Source of the DNA: Marsupella aquatica
Taxonomy: Eukaryota > Plantae > Marchantiophyta
Direction: 5' to 3'
Length of the DNA stretch: 64,000 nucleotides
NCBI GenBank assembly: GCA_973895155.1
Contig: OZ316894.1
Coordinates: 23,248,709-23,312,708, forward strand
Both the position numbers and the translations under genes were made by a program. A model generated the notes under the pieces. The model was not told the DNA's origin, did not search any database, and worked only from the letters and a program-made list of their open reading frames with translations. Positions 57,224 through 64,000 of this stretch are shown here, one piece after another (the stretch's first letter is position 1; each line of letters starts with the position of its first letter).

Positions 57224-59584
57224 GATAGGACGTCTTTGAGCTAAAATCGGGTAAGATACTTGACCGTGTCAATTAACAAGCCCGAGTACTCGATGATCAA
57301 CTATTTCTACTCCCTTTTCCGCTCCGCTGCTCAGATTTGTCTCAAGATGGACAGTAAATTAAAAGTCGCTTAACACATTCACGGACGGATATACAGATAG
57401 GAAACCGAAGTGATCGACACCTGAAGCAAAGTCTTTCTAGCTGAAATACATGTAGCGACGAAGAAGAACAGATAATTCAGTCGCGAAAGCCTAGTGGAAG
57501 AGGTGCAACATCGAAAGTACTACAATCATTCAGCAGTGGGGCCATCCTCCCGTAGTTTCTAGCATTAGAGATATTCTAGGAGTAGCTTTACTCTACAGTA
57601 GCCACTAGTGTTCTGGGCCTGGGTGCCCTTTTGTGACTATCTGTTTGGGCCTGTGTGGCGTTTGTGGTTCTGTACTTTTGACTTGCCGCCTCCCTGGAGG
57701 GGGATTCTGCCTTGCCGCCTTTGGCCGTGTGTTCTCTTTGACAGTTTCTCGACAAAGTGGCTCAGTCGTTCAACAGGAAGAGGTGCAATTTACGCACAAA
57801 AACACTCCCACCTTGTCATGGAAATCGGTTGATAGCTAGTAGCATTGAGATCAATTCATCCGTCTTTTTGAATCCTGTGCAACAGTCTCGCTGCTAATCG
57901 GCGAATACTTTTATTCAATTGGAAGCCCACGAAGACGCCCACGGCGAAGCTTGCAAGAGCAATTTTGGAGGCTGTCCAAGGAGTAACCACGTATTTTGTG
58001 ACCCTGCCACTTTAACAGCATACCGGACATTAGGTTTCTCCTTGGCATACGCAGGTCAATCAGTCCTAGAGCAAGGGTTTTTTGGCTTTAACAGGAAGCG
58101 ACTAACGATGATCAAGTAAAGGTTTTAGATCAACAAGTGGACCAGCGAGCAAACTTAAACCCTAAAACAAAACTTAAAATAGACCAACATCACCATACCA
58201 GGAACCAGATACTATTCTGTCTTATGTTAGCACCCCAAGAACAGCACAAGTAAAAGAACGAATGCCTGTAGCACGATACCCTATTTTCGGTGAGGAAGAT
58301 CGAATACAGAGTCGTAATACAGAGACTCAAAGTTTGACAAAGAAGCGTGACGGAGAAATCTCACACCTCCATGAACAACCCGAAAGTGGATCTACTAGAT
58401 GAGAACGGTGTTGGAAAGAGTTCAAGACCAGTAGCATGAGGTGGTGAGTTCAGTGGCTTTCATAGACCTAATTTTTAACATACGAATGTGACAGTACAAC
58501 GAGGCCACCCCTGCAACACACGGAGGCTTTGGTTCTCTAACTCGTCTTTGGTGATTGGCACTCGGTATTCTCGTCAGCCGTTCGGTGCGTCAGATCAGAG
58601 AGAACTCAGTTGTCAGCATGAACCCAAATGCTGATATGAAGCGACCAATCTTCCAAGCAACGGCTGAGCTTTCGACCAAAGGGAAATGCAACCGACAGCG
58701 AGTAACCAGCAGGAAAGGGAAGAACAGCAGAAATCAAGCATCAATCTGCCCCAATGAATCCAATGCTGTCGATCACGGTGGATAGACAAAGAAAGTCCAT
58801 ATACAGCTTGCAAATTGTGGGAGAATTTCATTCAGAACTTCTATTGATTAAACAATTTGTAAGATCTTACCCTCCACTTTGAGGCTCAAAATGAGCTGTA
58901 ATTTCATCTACAGAAGAAAATTGTTAACCTAAAAGATGGGCATCAATCTCACATCCTCCTCACGCAACCACGAAAGAAGAAATCCCTCTCTGGGACCAAA
59001 ACCAACGATACAAGATCAAAGAAATCGACCCACAAAAGAATCCTCCAAACTATGAGTTCAAAGATTTCGAGAAATGTCAACAAGACAAGTACGATATCGG
59101 ACAACAAAAGTGTCAAACGGGACAAAAACACAAATAAGTGTGAAGGGAGCACGAAAGGTCACAGGAGATTGAAAGGGAACGAAGGCAAGAAAAGCAAAAC
59201 AAAGCAAGAAAGCTCCAAACTAGGGCCAGAAAACATGTACACAAGAGAACAGAACACTGAGGTTTACATCTCATACCTGATTCTGGGATCGACTTGGGAA
59301 ACTGTCAGGTGAGGAGGAGGAACGTGCCCTGGCGGGGGGGCCATCTCAAGCGGACCTTCGTCTCATGCACCTCGACTAGTACACATGCACAACACCGGAG
59401 TGGGGCTTCGAGGACATCGGATTTGAAGAATGCTCGTGATCTTGCTCTGTCGTGTAATCATCTCTCTCTCTCTCACACACGAATTAATTGGCAAAGTCTC
59501 TCTCTCTCTGAGGAATTAATTGGTAAAATACTGCTGTGAAGGTTCTTGTGAAGGTTCTATTGAGCATCACTCACATCTGTATGA

Positions 59585-60085
59585 TTTTACTAACTACCCC
59601 CCCCAACTAATGGAATTTATTAGGGTGTCCCCAAACTATTTTATTTAGTAACCTGTTTCCATTTGTATATGGGTTAATCTCTCCAGGTATATGGGTTAAT
59701 CTCTCCAAGTAATCAAATGTAATCACACATCAAACATCAAAATGTGTTAATATATGGTGTGCACTCATTGATTTAGAGAAAACAAAGAGATTTATCGTGA
59801 TGGTATGGAGTGATATTTTACACCATATATGTTATATTTTGATGGGTTAAGATTGTCTCAGCAAACATTACTCAACCTCTGTGGCAGAGGACCTCCTTCT
59901 GCCACATGAGATGGTGCAGTCGGTGAACCCGTTGATTTCCCTGCTCTGCTGCAGGGCAAAGGAAAGGTTTACATCGAATGAGGCAATACTATCTCATATA
60001 CGAATGGGGGTCAAGTTAGTAAACTAAATTGTTTTGGGGGACACCTTGGTAAATTCTGATAGTTTGGGGGACAGGTTAATAAAAA
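59585..60085. mobile_element. MITE with ~90-bp TIRs related to family B
   Basis: Left ttttactaact.ccccc.aacta..gaattta..agggtgtccccaaa...ccatttgtatatg is an imperfect reverse complement of right catatacgaatggg...ttttgggggacaccttggtaaattctgatagtttgggggacaggttaataaaa. Confidence 0.7.
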
Positions 60086-61460
60086 GTTGTTTTTAATTTT
60101 ATTCTATGTTTTGGGAGGCAGAGCATCTCGGCCAGCTCTCCTTGTCCTTTCCAGGTGAGCACTAAAAATCCAAATGAACAGTGTGGAGAATAAACTTGTT
60201 AGTGCTATCCCCTCTGGTAAACCACATCTCTCAATATTTAGAAGTCAGCTTCCAAATCCAAACTGTCGGGAGTCAATTTTAGCAAGAAAGGTGATTGCCA
60301 AACCAGCCCACTATGCAGACCTCCGTCCTCATCAACTGCAGAACATACACATCGATCCAGATTTATATGCATTGTACATTTGAATGTATGGATATTGAGT
60401 CTAGGTTGGAAAAGTCCATCCCAGTATTTTGGACAATGTTACATGCCATGGGGGCTTCATTGTCAGGGAGAGAAGGGGGCCAAAAAAGCACTACAAGGAA
60501 ACAAAACCCTCAAAAGTACATGGCAAACCTTGACAAGGATGATGTCATGCCGCAAACTTTCATACATAGTCCACATTGTTGCACACCATGTAACTATGTA
60601 TTTGTCAAGAAGTAGACAGCAATCACAAAACATTCATAGGACAACAATGACACTAAGTACAGCTAGCCCTAACACTTAAAGGAAGTATGCACTTTGTCGG
60701 GATTAAGATGAGGAGGCCGGGTGCAAAGGAGCCTCATCCTTCATCATCTGCCTGCAATCTTACTACTCTATAAATTTAATATTGGCTGAATTTGTGCTAA
60801 CCTACTTTTGGACACAACCACTGTTCTTCAGAGACAGAGTCAAGAGGCTCCTTATTGAATGGAGCTCAAAACTGACTTAAAGAAATTAATGGAATACTAG
60901 ACAATTAGGATTTCACTTAATAATAATTTAATCAACTCATTGAAACAGTAAAGATATTTGCAATTGCAAAAGTCTGAACCAACCATAAAAGTTCAGCGGT
61001 CACCCCTGCACCCAACCTAGTTTAGTATGGAGATAGAGGCCAAAAAGAAACATGATAACCATAGTTGAATCAGACTCATCCAAGCTTAGGATGAAAAGCC
61101 TTTCCTAGGGCAAGTCATCCGTGTGAAAACATAGCAGACCAATCAGCTAATTTGATGAAATTGTTTGATGTACAGCTCGTGGTAGCTACATTTTAATCTG
61201 TCAGCACAAATGTGTGGCCTCATGGCAGGAAGAAGAAATTGAATGCCTTAACCTTGGGCTCTATTTCTAAGTAGGTACAATGTTCTCAAGGGACAGAACT
61301 TACAAGGATGCAAACTCTCCATCCACCATGGTCCGCAAGGGGCTGTTGGGCACTCTTTCTTGTGTCAATGTGTGCACTCGCATCTTTGAAGCAAGTTTTT
61401 GATACTATTTCCACCCTCTGTCAGGATTGCACACTTGAATGTTGAGCAAATATTAAATTT

Positions 61461-61588
61461 GAGGTATTTGCTAGATGGACCCCCAAAATGAAAAGTGTTA
61501 CTTGATGGGACCCCTGAGTGATCTAGACCGTTGATAGACCTTAAATCAACATAACCACAACCTCAGGGGTCCATCATGCAAATACCTC
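61461..61588. mobile_element. MITE family A, internally deleted copy
   Basis: GAGGTATTTGC...GCAAATACCTC termini, with the internal atgaaaagtgttacttgat and ttgatagacctt.aatcaa shared with the 42115 copy. Confidence 0.8.
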
Positions 61589-62399
61589 TATTAAAGTCCC
61601 CTATGTATTTTTTGTGCCTGGAAAACTGACAGCTTTGATATGGAGGGATAGATGGATCTCAGTTTCTTTTAAAGACCCCTCACTCAATTAGCTTGGGAAT
61701 GGGTAACTTAGTTCAGATATATGGATCCTTCAAATAGAATCAAGACTAATCAATAGGGCTATTAAAACACTATCAGTTTCAACTGCTCTCCTGATTTTGT
61801 GGTTCAGGTTGATAATTAACAAAGAACAAGCACAAACTGTTGCATGGTGTCAGTTCATTTAAGGAAAAATCCTCAAAATTAAGGCATCAATTGTGAAGCC
61901 TAAGCATCAGCAATCCAAGCAAGAGTTGACCAACTTAAGATATAAAGTAAACTGAATACTCAGTCACTCCATGGACTGTAGTTTCACCATGTTACTTACC
62001 ATATTAGATTTGTGCTGTTATCCTTGTCTTGCTTTAGTTCCATGTGAACCTCAATCCTGGCTATCACGTTTGGATCACACACATTTCCCAGCCTCTTCAT
62101 TAATATGCCACTTGGTTTGGTATTTTTCTACTTGTTACAAAGATCAAAGATTTATGTGCTCTCTAGTGGGCCATTTCCCGGCCAATTTCTTGTGTGATCT
62201 GTTGTTTCCTTGTAAAGATGAGAAAATCAGAAAGTTCACGAGGATACTGGTGAGGGTAGATTTCACAAAAAAAAACTCAATTCTTACATTGGTAATTATT
62301 TTCAAGGCTTTGTGCTGATATGTGTCCCTCCATATGTGGCATTCATGTGGACTAGAAAGGAAAATTTTAATTTGGAAAAAGATTACATCTTCAAGCATA

Positions 62400-64000
62400 C
62401 AAGTAAATGGATCAAAGTGTTGATAGTATTCAAGAAGGATCAGCCAGCCAGCCATTAGTCATGATCATATTAAAAGAATCCTACGAGCTTGGGAGGAACA
62501 TGTTCATAGGCATTGACTTTTACTCTTGCAGTTATGTGGGTTTTACTTACATCACTTGGAAAATCCAACTGTCAGTTGCAGTTCTCATATAAGCTAAAAC
62601 CACTCACTGAGCGTGTTTTCAAGCAAATTCAAACTTCATAGTCTTCCCCTGATCATTTTGCCTAAGCGTGTGGGTGATGTGATGATTATTGAACATATGT
62701 CCTCGTTCTGTATTGTGGCCTCAAGATCAGCTTAACCTTGATTCTCATGCTCACTGCAGCTAAGTGAGAAGCTAATCTGCTTGCTACCTTTTGATCATCG
62801 TGCCTTGCTTGTCATGAAAGCATTTAGCACCTGTAAAATTTTGGGGATATCTCTCTAGTAAACTATCTCTTTTGGTACAAAATTCACCTTGGCCGGGTTG
62901 TGAGAGAGCATTCTAGATGACCTTTTGACATGTTCAAACAATTGAAGGCCCCCAAATTGAGAGAGGTCTGGACTGAAAATGATTGTTTAGAAGCATCTAC
63001 CCAGAGTCTAGCACCACTGCATTTGAGTGCAAAATTGTAACCGCTTGCCAAGAAGCTCTATCTCTTCAACAAGTTCAAATGACTGTCCACGACTACACGA
63101 ATGATTGAGAAGCCCAAGTAGAACTTGGGCAGATTATGCTGAGCTTCAACTACTATGCATAAATAAGAGCATTTTGTAAAATATCATTTCTTTATGATTA
63201 TGTTGCTAAGTCTTGCAAGTGTGACATGTTCCATCCAGAATAATTGAAACAGCAAGGTTTGGAGTGGAGACCAAAAGCATGGTGAATGCTTGCATCAATA
63301 GGACCAAAGTGTTGATAAGGGATGTGGAAGAAAAATATTTGAGTGATGCATGAGGAATCAGATTTTCCTGTGGCACTCAAAGGAGGCAGTTAGCTAGACC
63401 TGCAGTGGGCTGATTATTGTTGAGAAAGGACTATCAAATGAGACAAGAAACAGCTAAGATGGTGGAACCGTGTAGCATGCCCAAGAGGTCTATATTGACA
63501 CGACCAACTAGAATACCTGACAAACATAAGAAATGTGTGTTACTTCCTAGTCTTCAAGATGAATTGGCTAAAGAAGTGCCTCTTTTGAAGAAGGAGCCAC
63601 AAATTGGCAAAAGACTTAACCCTTGGTCCAAGGATGGATTGGTGGCTCTCTACGAGGCAGGGTTGCATGTTGGAAAAGGGCAGAGTCTTCCTCCGCATGT
63701 TGTTCCATATAGATTTCTTGGTAAGCTTTCATATTCTGACTGAAAAACCAAGCACTTTCTAGTCATTGTGTGATGAGTGCAAGTGACCATCTAGAAAATC
63801 GCCCCTAAGTAAGCTCCTTATATATGTCCTACCTTGATACTCACATTTCCCCTTCTTGTTAAGATGCTACAAAGAAGTTTACTACTTTCCCGGCTACTTT
63901 CATGTTGGTTTTATTACATTAAGTACTGATACCAAAGGCCTTGAAGGGATTTCTTTATTTTATACCACTGACCAACATCCTAGTTACATCCCCAAAAATG
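62400..64000 (+). mobile_element. Heavily decayed LINE (L1-like) ORF2 remnant
   Basis: In the expected order: GFTYITW and DHRALL (endonuclease end), PWSKDG (KxPGxDG-like), LIPK at 63926-63937, then H*PTS*L (RPISL-like). Many stops and frameshifts. Confidence 0.5.

Noticed and set aside
63926-63934. CTGATACCA as a reverse-strand LTR primer-binding site
   Set aside because: Only 9 nt, not followed by TG, and better explained as the LIPK codons of the LINE remnant.

Overview
Eukaryotic land-plant genomic DNA, probably a bryophyte or liverwort (inferred from gene structure and sequence style, not proven). Four intact intron-containing genes could be assembled by hand from splice signals: a divergent alpha-tubulin (4 exons, minus strand), a degenerate EF-hand-family membrane protein (2 exons, minus strand, apparently with a GC-AG intron), nucleoporin NUP214 (17 exons, plus strand) and a group-I bZIP transcription factor (4 coding exons plus a long intron-containing leader, plus strand). 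Directly behind NUP214 is a truncated Ty1/copia element with PBS and an open gag-protease ORF but no RT. The intergenic DNA contains a two-copy putative tRNA-type SINE family (one copy has a TSD and an adjacent empty site), two MITE families, decayed LINE fragments, a calmodulin-like pseudogene fragment, three unrelated ~180-bp tandem arrays and many short two-copy duplications. No new biological system can be demonstrated from the sequence alone. The best leads are the AUG-stop minimal uORF at the bZIP leader splice donor, the preserved gag-protease ORF with a mutated active site at the NUP214 3' end, the SINE, the divergent tubulin and the expanded NUP214 repeats.
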